Translations under genes and position numbers: made by a program
Source: Octopus vulgaris
Lineage: Eukaryota
NCBI GenBank assembly: GCA_951406725.2
Contig: OX597829.1
Coordinates: 56,172,001 to 56,236,000 of the forward strand
Direction of reading: 5' to 3'
Length of the DNA stretch: 64,000 nucleotides
Notes under the pieces: model-generated
What the model saw: only the letters and a program-made list of their open reading frames with translations
The model's database searches: none
What the model was told of the DNA's origin: nothing
Part shown: positions 48,243-63,896 of the stretch, one piece after another
Layout of the letters: the number at the start of each line of letters is the position of its first letter
Numbering within the stretch: position 1 is the stretch's first letter

Positions 48243-49753
48243 AAACACTGAGTATGTGAAACTAAACTCTAAACACTGAGTATATGAAACTAAACTCTAA
48301 ACACTGAGTATGTGAAACTAAACTCTAAACACTGAGTATGTGAAACTAAACTCTAAACACTGAGTATGTGAAACTAAACTCTAAACACTGAGTATGTGAA
48401 ACTAAACTCTAAACACTGAGTATGTGAAACCAAACTCTAAACACTGAGTATGTGAAACTAAACTCTAAACACTGAGTATGTGAAACTAAACTCTAAACAC
48501 TGAATATGTGAAACTAAACTCTAAACACTGAGTATGTGAAACTAAACTCTAAACACTGAGTATGTGAAACCAAACTCTAAACACTGAGTATGTGAAACCA
48601 AACTCTAAACACTGAGTATGTGAAACCAACTCTAAACACTGAGTATGTGAAACTAAACTCTAAACACTGAGTATGTGAAACTAAACTCTAAACACTGAGT
48701 ATGTGAAACCAAACTCTAAACACTGAGTATGTGAAACTAAACTCTAAACACTGAGTATGTGAAACCAAACTCTAAACACTGAGTATGTGAAACTAAACTC
48801 TAAACACTGAGTATGTGAAACTAAACTCTAAACACTGAGTATGTGAAACCAAACTCTAAACACTGAGTATGTGAAACTAAACTCTAAACACTGAGTATGT
48901 GAAACTAAACTCTAAACACTGAGTATGTGAAACTAAACTCTAAACACTGAGTATGTGAAACTAAACTCTAAACACTGAGTATGTGAAACTAAACTCTAAA
49001 CACTGAGTATGTGAAACCAAACTCTAAACACTGAGTATGTGAAACTAAACTCTAAACACTGAGTATGTGAAACTAAACTCTAAACACTGAGTATGTGAAA
49101 CCAAACTCTAAACACTGAGTATGTGAAACTAAACTCTAAACACTGAGTATGTGAAACTAAACTCTAAACACTGAGTATGTGAAACTAAACTCTAAACACT
49201 GAGTATGTGAAACTAAACTCTAAACACTGAGTATGTGAAACTAAACTCTAAACACTGAGTATGTGAAACCAAACTCTAAACACTGAGTATGTGAAACTAA
49301 ACTCTAAACACTGAGTATGTGAAACTAAACTCTAAACACTGAGTATGTGAAACTAAACTCTAAACACTGAGTATGTGAAACTAAACTCTAAACACTGAGT
49401 ATGTGAAACCAAACTCTAAACACTGAGTATGTGAAACTAAACTCTAAACACTGAGTATGTGAAACCAAACTCTAAACACTGAGTATGTGAAACTAAACTC
49501 TAAACACTGAGTATGTGAAACTAAACTCTAAACACTGAGTATGTGAAACCAAACTCTAAACACTGAGTATGTGAAACTAAACTCTAAACACTGAGTATGT
49601 GAAACTAAACTCTAAACACTGAGTATGTGAAACTAAACTCTAAACACTGAGTATGTGAAACTAAACTCTAAACACTGAGTATGTGAAACTAAACTCTAAA
49701 CACTGAGTATGTGAAACCAAACTCTAAACACTGAGTATGTGAAACTAAACTCT
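48243..49753. repeat. Minisatellite, 28-bp unit x ~54 (AAACACTGAGTATGTGAAACYAAACTCT)
   Basis: Head-to-tail, near-identical units with no spacers. One recurrent T/C variant. Confidence 0.97.
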
Positions 49754-50950
49754 ACTGGGGTTCACAGGGCAATACTGAAAAATATTTTTTCAGATCTTTT
49801 TAAGATGTAAAATTTCATGTGAAGATGATTTAGCTGCTATTTTTTTTGGATATGAAATGACTGCGTTGAAATTTCCATTCTGGATCACAACTATCTGTTC
49901 AGAAGAAAAGAGCTCCCTGAAAACTTCTTTGGTCAAGTACAAAACAATTTTTGATGTGGAGAAATGTGTAACCAATTGAATTTAATTCGATATTTTAATA
50001 TTGTTTATATTAACGAACTGATGGGTTGAAAATCAAAATTACCTCTCAAGCCCTTTGGGTATTTACACTCGGAACAATTGAGTACTAAGTGGAAAACAAT
50101 AAAACAGTTCAGTTTTAACTTTTAAATTTATTTCTATAGATTTTCTATAATATTTAGAGCCAGCACTGAAAGTTACGTTTCGTAAGCGAATACGTCTATG
50201 TAAACAATGCCATCGAAAATAGAAACAAATATGTAATGAATGTATACGCATATTTCAAGAGTTATTACTCTTTCATCAGTACCACATCAAACCCATTAAC
50301 ATTGGTTAAATACTCACAACTGGATAGATCAAATACATTCCTGACAATTGGTGTTAGTCCAGTGTTTTACTGCCTCTCTAATAGACTATAATAAATCTTA
50401 TGCTTAACAACTATCCTTTGTGTTGAAAATTATTTGAGCACAAAATCACTTCTAAACAGATTTAAGTACAGAGCGGCCCAAATGCGGCCCAAATACCGTG
50501 CCATCATTATATACATGTATGTGTGTTTATGTGTGCGTATGCATGCATGTATGTTCGTACGTATGTATGTATATCAAGAAGAGATGAGAGTAGTAACTAT
50601 ACCATCAAGTAAAGTCAATAGCCACATTAAAGTGGCTGTTCCATGTTACTACTAATTTAACCCTAGGCAGATCTTCCGCTGCACCCTTTATATACAATAT
50701 ATTGCTAGTAGGCGTAGTGAACCCCTACCATCCTCTAGCAGACAACAGGATCGTGAGACTGATTCAATTTCGAGCTGCTTGGCTCATCCTCAGTCGGCCT
50801 CTAGAGCGATAGCCAGGATCCGCACCAGCCAGCTATATGTTGTATTGTGAACAAAGCGGCCATTGGTCACTGATTTGCAACAAGCAAAATAGCTAGTTGT
50901 AAAAAAAATGTCGAGAAGAGATCAGAGTAGTAACTATACTAACAAGTAAA

Positions 50951-51016
<66 letters not shown>

Positions 51017-51204
51017 AATCCAAAAATGAAGAACAAACACAAAAATACAACGCGGGGACGTGGTTCATGTAAAGTATTAGCAGATCTTCAGGGAAAGAAA
51101 GAAAGACGGTTTAACGTTTCGAACAGACGCTCTTCTTTGGAAACAGAGGAAAGTCCAATAGAAGGGAAGACGGAGGAAGAAAATCGCCAACGATTCACAT
51201 GTGG

Positions 51205-51255
<51 letters not shown>

Positions 51256-51639
51256 ATATATATAGATGAGTGTATTTTTACCTTGTTAACAATTAACACG
51301 GAAAAAATAAATAAATAGTTACCAGGGTAGCAAAAATCTCACAAGTAAAGATGTTGTAACTCCTTGTCTATAAAGGTAGAAACTTCGTGTTTACGTTGAA
51401 TATTTTGAATAATATATGAATAAATAAATGGAGTTTAACGCAGGTGTAATCAAATATTTTTACTTTCGACACATGTTTCGAAAATTCCACTGATACTATT
51501 CAAAAGAATAAATGGTATAAACAATGCAATCTTCTCCTCATGAAAGTGAAAAAAGCGAAACTCGTCAATAAGACATTTTAGCAAAAAATGATGGATTTGT
51601 ATAGCGATAGACAGAATGCTATTTATATTGTTTAAATAT

Positions 51640-53386
51640 TTTTTACTAACCCATCATTAAGGCTTATCTGCCCTTCTAGCTCTGACATCGGTATCCTTTG
51701 TAAGAATATACTAGATAAATATATTCCTAATTTAATTAAAACATTAAAACTTAGTTTATGGACTAATTCGTTTGAAGTAGTTGACTGGTTTAGTTCTATT
51801 ACCAATAAGGTGAGTACTAAGTTTATCCAGTTTGATATTTCCAATTTTTATTCATCTATCAATCCAATAGTACTTAATAAGGCACTTTGGCTTGCTCATA
51901 GCAAAGCTGGTCTCACCCGAGAAGAAATTAATGTTGTGTTGGCAGCCAGAAGATCTATTATAAAATTTGATGATAAGTTGTGGGTCCGTAAAGACACACC
52001 AGATAGTTTCGATATACCAATGGGAAGTTCTGATTCAGCACAGATAGCTGATTTGGTCTGTATATATATTCTTTTTGAAATGGCTGAAGAGATCCCTAAC
52101 ATTTATGGAGGTCTATATCGTGATGATTGTTTACTTTACCTCCAAAATGTTTCCAACCAAAAGGTACAAAAAGTTAAGAATAGTTTAGTTAATTTTTTCA
52201 GTAGAATGGGCTTAAAAATCGTTTTTGATGACGATATGACGAAGGCCAACTTTTTAGATATTACGCTTAATTTACACAGTGACTCTTACTTCCCATATCG
52301 TAAACCGTTGACCAATCTTAAGTACATTAGCAAATTTAGTAATCATCCTGGAGCAATTACTAAGAACTTAGTTAAGAATATTTCATTTAGATTATCTAAA
52401 TTATCTGCTATGTTGATATTTTCAATAATAACGCTGAATTCTATAACTCTGCCTTAATTAAAGCAGGTTATACAGAGAAAATTTTCTACATTGATTCTGC
52501 TCAGTCTAATTGTAAATTCAATAATGTAGATAAGATTTCTAGTCGTAAAAGAATTATTGATAACAAACATAACTTACGCACCGATACAAAGCGAATGAAG
52601 GCAGATAACTCTTATTTAATCCCCTATTATCGATCTAAAAGTAAATATAACACCTTCAAAAGTAATTACGCTATGAATACTAGTAAAAATATTTGGTTAA
52701 TAATTCCTTACGGGAGACAAATTAAATCTAATCTCCCACTGCTGTTTCATCAAGCTATTGCTAGGAATTTTCCCAACAATTCTAGATACTACTCTATTAT
52801 CAATTCACATAAGGTTAGGATAGGTTTTTCAAACACAAAAAATCTCTTGCAAATTATCTCTTCACATAATAACAAACTGTTAAATATTAATACATTTACT
52901 AATACTAACATTAATTTAGCTAATACTATCCAACCCTCTAGAAATATTAATAACAAGGTTATTGTATCTGAAGTCAATTCCAGTAGAATTAAGTTTATGT
53001 CAAGTAACTCTAAGATTAAAATTTCTATATACCAGTGTATAATCAGTACTCGTAATAAAGTACAATTTTACATTGGAAGCACATTGTTAGAGTTATCTAA
53101 AAGAATTTCTATCTATTACTCAACATTTAGGGATAGAAATAAACGTAATAGTACCGGTCTCAGCAAACTGATTTGGGATTTAAAAGACCACAATGAACAA
53201 TTTCATTTAGAATGGTTGATTCTCTCAATTTCGATACCATATGACAAAGGCAAGGAATTCTGTCTTCTCTGCAATTCTGAGCTAATTTTCATTATTTTTT
53301 CTAAAAATACTCTAGTAAACACGGTTATAGAACGAGCATACAGATGTAAGCATTGGCAAAAACATACATTTGGTGCATATAAGTAG
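51640..53386 (+). pseudogene. Naiad-type RT-GIY-YIG ORF, truncated, single frameshift near 52410
   Basis: ORFs 51810-52457 and 52595-53386 join through ..LSA/VDIFNNNAEFYNSALIKAGY.. after a 1-nt deletion. Confidence 0.85.
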
Positions 53387-53800
53387 TCTCTATCATTATA
53401 TATAATTTAAACTTTAATTTCCTTTATATTTAACATTCACTATTAATATCCCTACTGTTTCTGTTAGCTACTTATGACGTTATATCATATAACGTTTTTT
53501 TTAAACAATATTAATAGCGTTCTGTCTATCGCTATACAAATCCATCATTTTTTGCTAACAGTTAGTTTAACTTTACTTCAATAGAGAAATCTACTTCTAA
53601 GCCTTTGAACATTTTTTCAACCAACGTATCCTTCTTTATTTGTTCTCTACTTATTATTTCTTTACCCCTTCTCTTTCTAGTATCTGCCTTTGACGTCAAA
53701 TCTACTAACGGTTTTTTAAAAATACTTATAACGTTCTGTTTATCATTTATGCAGTCATCGAAATTGTTAAAATGTCTTGTTGTTGAGATAGGCTCTCTTT

Positions 53801-53883
53801 CTTTCCTGATGAGAAGATTGCATTTTACACTGTTTATTCCTTTGGAACAAAACCAATATTGTCTTCGAAATATATGTCGAAAG
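53801..53883 (+). ncRNA. Type I hammerhead ribozyme in the 3' pLTR of the Naiad-type element
   Basis: ctttc CTGATGA gaaga...tcttc GAAA tatatg TC gaaag. Confidence 0.8.
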
Positions 53884-54087
53884 TAAAAGAATTTGAATAG
53901 CATCTGCGTTCAACTCCATTTAATTATTTATACTACACAAATTACTGCACATTAACCCGGAGTTTCTACCTTTGAATAGGTCGCTACATCCTTGTTACTT
54001 GCGTGAAATTTGCTACCCTGGAAACTGTCTATTGAATTTTCCATGTTAACGGTAAACAAAGGATAATTCGTTCATCCATTTATATAT

Positions 54088-56710
<2,623 letters not shown>

Positions 56711-57210
56711 TCAAACAGAATTTTGCAGAAAATTAGAAATAGCAGTCAAAGAGTTATAGCTATTCTTTCTACTAAAAGGGAGATCTCAGTAAAACCACAG
56801 CACTTGAAAGGCAAACACAGACAGGCAAGAGAGAAGAGGAAAATTTTAAATGGAGACAAACGCTTAAGATGTTATTAAATCATTTATATTTTCATATGAT
56901 CGACATATGTTTCGATGGATGCACTAAAGTACATCCAACAGGATGAATAATGATATCAGCGATGCATCAATCTCCTAAGGGAGGATATAAACAACAGTGT
57001 GCATCAAATAGACAGTTTAACAGATATAAGAAACCACAGAATATGAGACGGATATAAATATGCATATGCACACACACATATACGCATATATGTACACATT
57101 TATATCACTCAGATATTTATTATATATATATGTGTGTGTGTGTACATACTTGGGAAATGGATTCGTTGCGTTCAATTAAATAATAATATATAATATATAT
57201 ATAATGACGT

Positions 57211-57587
57211 ATATTTGCCATCTCAATATGGCTAACCCCTAAGGGTGGATGCTACTGTAGTTTTTAGCCCCAGGAGGACGCACTCCTCCAGCTGGCCATA
57301 GACACACTTTCTGTGCCCTATCAGTATTTGCAAAGGGAAGTCATCCTTCCCGTCTTCAACTTATGATACACACGGACTCGAGTTTCGAGGTATTGACCTC
57401 TCGTCAGCGTGTGACAATCATAGTTGTCAGCGAGAATTAGATTTCCTTCACAAATACTTATACTTTTTCCAGCGTCCACTGTCGCTGATATTGAAAAAGT
57501 GAAATCAAACAATGATAAATATTTGCCATCTCAATATGGCTAACCCCTAAGGGTGGATGCTACTGTAGTTTTTAGCCCCAGGAGGAC
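57211..57587 (-). mobile_element. 308-bp non-coding unit with 69-bp perfect terminal redundancy, containing a hammerhead (retrozyme-like)
   Basis: 57211-57279 is identical to 57519-57587. Confidence 0.75.
57369..57413 (-). ncRNA. Minimal type I hammerhead ribozyme, fully canonical
   Basis: Reverse complement: cacacg CTGACGA gaggt-caat-acctc GAAA ctcgag TC cgtgtg. Perfect 6-bp stem I, 5-bp stem II, GUC triplet. Confidence 0.9.
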
Positions 57588-57720
57588 ACACAGATGATGT
57601 GTTCTTTCTCCGTGTTTACTTGTCCTGTTTTCCCTTTTTTCTCCTGTTGTTTACGTATTTCATGTTATTTGCAACGTTGGTAACGTCCTGTACCCATATA
57701 TGCATGTGTGTATATATATG

Positions 57721-57787
<67 letters not shown>

Positions 57788-57861
57788 AATATTAGGGAAT
57801 AAATCCAAATTTACAGGGAAAAATCAGATTTAGGATTGAATCCAATTTTATAGTAAAATAT

Positions 57862-58616
57862 TATATTATATTAAATTAGAGACAAAACCACTATTATGCA
57901 AATCAAACAAAGAAAGACTTAAGCCAATACATAAATTAATTTATATAAATTTAGAAATTTAACAATTATAAATAACCACTACGATCGTTTCGTGTCTTAT
58001 TTCAGCACATCTTTGAGACATTCTTCAGGTGGTTTCAAAACCTAAAATATAATCAATATTTTTAAGATATAAATAATCTATATAATCTAAATAAAAAATT
58101 ACTTATAATAAACTCTATTATTAAATATAATTATATCGAAATCGACCATAATGTTAAATATTAACTTTAATTTATAAGGTAGAAAATCCATATTCTAATA
58201 TCCATTTTAGTCTATATCTACTTATATAGATATTTGAAATGACTAATATATATAAATTATCAATGAAAATATATATAAATATTATAATCAAGATCTAAAA
58301 TAATCTCTATAAACGATTGTATATAATGAAAACCTAATATATTTAATTTCTCATATTTAAAGATGAAATAGCTAAGTTCAAAATACAAAAAATATATATA
58401 CACATGCTCATGCTCATATATACATGTATGTATATAAACATATCTAAATACGTACACAAACCCACACACACATATATAAATCTATACATACACATATACA
58501 TATAGTTTATAATTGTTAAATTTCTAAATTTATATAAATTAATTTATGTATTGGCTTAAGTCTTTCTTTGTTTGATTTGCATAATAGTGGTTTTGTCTCT
58601 AATTTAATATAATATA
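57862..58616. mobile_element. Non-coding Penelope-derived element with ~110-bp inverted ends and a hammerhead
   Basis: 57862-57972 is inverted at 58506-58616. Same family as ~2870-3015. Confidence 0.75.
57974..58034 (-). ncRNA. Type I hammerhead ribozyme (intact core)
   Basis: Reverse complement: aaccac CTGAAGA a tgtct...agaca c GAAA cgatcg TA gtggtt. Confidence 0.82.
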
Positions 58617-58641
58617 TATATATATTTAAAATATATATATG

Positions 58642-58686
<45 letters not shown>

Positions 58687-58687
58687 G

Positions 58688-58792
<105 letters not shown>

Positions 58793-58817
58793 ATATATAT
58801 GTATGTATATATATATG

Positions 58818-58865
<48 letters not shown>

Positions 58866-59074
58866 GGCAATAATGTGATAGCTCTGCGTCGGCAAGAATT
58901 GAAAAAATATGGAAAAATGAGAAAGGGGTACAGTGAACTTGCCGTGAGGAGTGGAATATCCAACGTTTCGGATTCAATCCTTTGTCAGGGGACAGAGAAA
59001 AAGAGAAGAAAAGGAGAAAAAGTCAAACAGCATTTACATCCTCTCAGCTTGAAAAATTAGCTGCAACTGATAAT

Positions 59075-59105
<31 letters not shown>

Positions 59106-60671
59106 CTTTATTTAAAAGCGGCGGAAATATAACAAAAGCTGTTACTCAGAGTTTCATGTTCCCGTCCGTTCGTCGGACAGTTTTGTTAAAATAGAACCGA
59201 AATAACGATTTGATCAAAACTAGTTGAAGGACACACCTTTAAAAATAGATTTGTTTCATTGGTCCTTTCAAATAACGGTCTTAGGCAAGCGATAAACAAA
59301 ATAAACAAAATAAATGAATTCAATATAAATTATTAAAAAAAATCGAGGAAAAACCTTAAATCGAAGAGCGGAATCAAAATACACATCATTAATTATATAG
59401 AAAATATAATTCGATTAATACAATTAATACAAAAGAATTTAAATTTATTCAAATATTTCACAACAGTATATACTCAAACTAAACCATTAATATACATATA
59501 TACATCAATATACACAGATAGATGTACACAGACCACATACATATGCAGACATATAAATGCAAAACGTAAATATACACTCAAATACACATATACATATGTA
59601 TACGCAATCTTGCCCGCATGCCAAAATCACTTGGTGTATACATATAGACTAGAAGTAAAAACGCAGAGAGGGGGAAGAAAAAGAAAAGAAAAGGTAACGA
59701 TCTTATAAGCAACAGAAAGCTAAAGAAGTGAGTAAAGTTACAGGACCCTATACAAGTAACGAATAGGGAGAGAAAAAATAACGAAAGAAAGGAAGAAAGA
59801 AAGAAGTCTGAATATGCGTAATGGACGTTCACAAAATAAAATTACGTATACATGTGTATATAAAAGTGTATATTAGCAGTAAATACACATATAAGGACAC
59901 ATATACAAATATATAGAGACAAGTACGTAAATACACATCCACAAGTGAATACATACATACATATACATCCATGTATATATGTGCATAAGTATAAACATAC
60001 ACGCTCACTTACACATATACATAGAGGCGTGCATACGAATACATATACATGCCAATACAAATATTCACATAAAAACATGTCTAGGATCTGACGTATATAC
60101 AAACAACATTATGTTTTTAAAAATTGCTGAGTGCATAATTATAAATTTTAGATAAAGAACATGCAAAATATAACACCCTAAATTGAATTATCTATAAATT
60201 AAACGACCAAAGTGGGTTTATAAAATACAATAAAATGAAATAAAATAAAAGCAGAATCCTAAACAAGAAAATAATATTAGTATATAACAGTCGAAGGTTT
60301 TTCTTAAGAAATATATCGAAATGTATACAAAAACTTTGCGATGCGGAATAACTCAAGCATAATATGAAACAAATCCAACAATGTGATTAAAAACTAGTCC
60401 AAGAATCAAAAATATACGCAATCCATATGGGATATTGCTAGTCGACATTTTAAATTTAGCTGCGTGTCTGCATGAATTCAAGAGTTCAGCATTCAACGAC
60501 AATATGTGTCTTCAAAGACAGTTGCTCCCATAAATTCTAAAATAAAATTTAGGATTTGTAGGGAGTCAAATTTGAGGGGAAAAACAGGACAGTGGAGACA
60601 TATAAGGAAACCGAATGAAAACAATCATGGAGAGAAGTTAGACAGAACGAGAGGAAAATAGTGAACGCTGG

Positions 60672-61726
60672 GGATCTTTTCTGTTTGATAGACGGAATTT
60701 TCTAGTTAACTAAAAAATTTGAAACTTCGTATACTGGTAGAATGTGTCGAAAGAAAACATTATTGTAAACAAAATTGAAAACAAAATTGTAATTCGTAAC
60801 TTAAACGTAGTTTAATTTTTACGAATTTTAACCAATGAAATCCCAACATCTACGAATTTTAACCAATGAAATCCCAGCATTGCTGTGTTATCGATATTGA
60901 TAAAGAAATATAGCAGACGCACGACACACACACACACACTCTCTCTCTTTCTCTCTCTCTCTCAAACACATGCATATACATTTGCGCAAGCACATAGTAA
61001 TTAATATATAAGCGTACACACACATACAAACGGACATATACATACACACACATACGCACACAAGCATACATTACACGTTCGTGTTTTGCACAAAAGGTAA
61101 ATAAACCAGAAGGGGGAGGTCAATGTTTCATCGTTTCGGGGTCGATAAATTAAGTACCAATTACGCACTGGTGTCGAGGATTTTTTTTCCTAATTAATAT
61201 CACAGCTTCCGACAAGCTGGGGGCATCCTTTTATGAAAAAATATTTCGCAAATTTTTTACAATACTACTCACACTCCACGCGCAAACTCGAGGCCGATTT
61301 AGGCATATTATTGTTTTGTTTTTGTTGTTTCTGGCCCTTCAAAACCATGGGAGAAGCCTTTTCGGTAAAAAAAAAAAAGAAAGAAAATATTCAAAAAATA
61401 TCGTTAATATTTTTATTTGGGAGACGAAATTCATCGATTTAAGAGATATAGCTATTATTTCTAGCACATGTAGAAGACAGAAGAAGAGACAAGGATGAAT
61501 AAGACTTGTGCGTGTGAGTTTTTAGACGCAGTAAATAATTTGAGCTCGAATGCTGCGATTTCATTGGTTAAAATTCTTAAAATTAAACTACGTTTAAGTT
61601 GCGAATTACAATTTTGTTTTCAATTTTGTTTACAATAATGTTTTCTTTTGACACATTCTACAAGTATACGAAGTTTCAAATTGTTTAGTTAACTAGAAAA
61701 TTCCGTCTATCAAACAGAAAAGATCC
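60672..61726. mobile_element. Non-autonomous DNA transposon with ~170-bp TIRs and 8-bp TSD
   Basis: Ends GGATCTTTTCTGTTTGATAG / CTATCAAACAGAAAAGATCC. TSD AACGCTGG at 60664-60671 and 61727-61734. Confidence 0.9.
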
Positions 61727-61801
61727 AACGCTGGGAGAAATATTTTCTTTTGAAAAGAGAAAAGATAGAAGAGAAATAAGACATATATATATTATATATT
61801 T

Positions 61802-61976
<175 letters not shown>

Positions 61977-62381
61977 CAAATATACATATATGTAGACACA
62001 TACACATCTACATATATACAGATCACTAGATAAGTATACATACATGCACACATACACACATGTATACACTCACAGCACTCACATGTATACATATGCATAC
62101 GTTTACAGACGTGTACGACAATAAATACACGTAGACATACACATATACGCACAAGATCATACGCATGCCCAAAGCATAGATACACCCAAATACATACCTA
62201 CATACACAAACACACATAAACACATACACACATTTTTACACATACATAGTATACATACATACAAGAACAAATACAGATATACACACATATACATATATAG
62301 AAAGCTAAGTAATGAAGGGAATGCTAAAATTTGAAAATGCCGTTGAGGAAATATACTTCATAGAGTGAGAAGAAGGGGTGT

Positions 62382-62447
<66 letters not shown>

Positions 62448-62769
62448 TAAGAGACTTTTAGGCCATCCTTTGTATTTTATCAGTTTCAATGCTGAGACAG
62501 ATTTTAGAAATTTATTGTTCTCATTACATATATTTTCTAAATGTCACTGATGCCAAAGTGAAATTCCTTTAATTGGTAAAAATTAATTACCCAACAAGAA
62601 TTTGAGAATAGAATATAATTGTTGTTGTCGATGGTTGTGGTGGTGGTGGTGGTGGTGGTGGTGAACATCTATAACCGACCCCTCTCTTTTCTTTCTATTT
62701 TATTTTTTTTTCTCCTGTTGTTTCTTTATATTTAAACCTGATATTTTAAAATCTAATAAAATTTCCGCA

Positions 62770-63550
62770 ACTGTTTCTATCAAAAAATATCTACAACAGG
62801 GCATGACATTAGTTCCATCTCCCACAGAACAATATCAAAATATGTTATGTTTCCACCGAATTGATGTTTTTATTGGGGTGTTTCATCAATATCCTTCGTT
62901 TCTAAAGGTGTGGATACCTACTGGTTCTGACATGCCTTTTTGATATATACGTTAAGGGCAATCCTTCCTGCGGACACCATTGTAAATAATCTTTACTACT
63001 ATATCAAGCCTCGTTTCGGAGCAGCTGCTGATGTGTGTGATATCATTGACACTGGTATAGCAAAGCCGACATATTTTACCACTGCGTGGAGGTTAGTGGT
63101 GCTCTTGTCCATCTGATTTAGCAGGTATTTAGTAGCTTTCAGCTGTTCATGGATAGCGACGGCATATCCCTCTGGGTGGGATACATCTATCACAGGTCCA
63201 GAAGATGCTACTCTTCCTGTCAATGCTGTTGTTATCCTCTAACTGGCGGAATATGGCGCTCGTATGATGCCTGCTTCTCCTTCTGTAAAGGTTGGTCGGT
63301 CAAACTTCCTTTGAGACAATTGTATTCTCAGAGCACCCGTACAGTAGTTCTTCTCCAAATCTGAAGATGTCCTTACTCTCACTTCCCAGTATGCATGGGA
63401 TGCGCACATTCCTTTCTTTATTGTCCAGATGGGTTTTGTCTGAGTGACACAATGCTTCTTGGACTCACCTTACGCCTCTACTACCATCATTTCATCTCAC
63501 ATAAATCCTATGGGAGTCGATGTTGGAGTGGCAGTTGCCAGTGGTGGTCA
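62770..63550 (-). mobile_element. Very degenerate probable R4/Dong-type fragment
   Basis: Weak remnants resembling DRLY.PR..GG and .LWD regions. Confidence 0.4.
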
Positions 63551-63573
63551 GTATCTTTTTTTGGTTTTGATGT

Positions 63574-63896
63574 AAGTATGTATGTATGTATGTATGTATG
63601 TATGTATGTATGTATGTATGTATGTATGTATGTATGTATGTGTGTGTGTGTATGTGTGTATGTAAGTATGTATGTATGTATGTATGTATGTATGTATGTA
63701 TGTATGTATGTGTGTGTGTGTATGTGTGTATGTAAGTATGTATGTATGTATGTATGTATGTATGTATGTATGTATGTATATATGTATGTGTGTGTGTGTA
63801 TGTGTGTATGTAAGTATGTATGTATGTATGTATGTATGTATGTATGTGTGTGTATGTATGTGTGTGTGTATGTATGTACATATGTGTGTATGTATG
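63574..63896. repeat. (TATG/TG)n compound microsatellite with higher-order repetition
   Basis: Block GTAAG(TATG)n(TG)nTATGTGTGTAT recurs several times. Confidence 0.9.

Larger units (their letters stand above)
51265..54080 (+). mobile_element. 5'-truncated Penelope-like element, Naiad-type, with inverted 5' pLTR
   Basis: RT motifs RLICP, FIQFDISNFYSSI, MGSSDSAQIADLV and GLYRDD. C-terminal YIGST..STGLSKLIW..FCLLC..CKH. 51265-51636 is an inverted copy of parts of 53499-54078. Confidence 0.88.

Noticed and set aside
48243-49753. CRISPR-like array or tandem hammerhead (CTGAGTA..GAAAC in each unit)
   Set aside because: No spacers, no cas genes, eukaryotic context. The unit lacks CTGANGA and any stem II.
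51640-53560. Selenoprotein-type Naiad (in-frame UGA plus SECIS)
   Set aside because: Some Naiads are reported to encode Sec. Here I see no in-frame TGA in the reconstructed frame and no convincing SECIS; the break is a frameshift.
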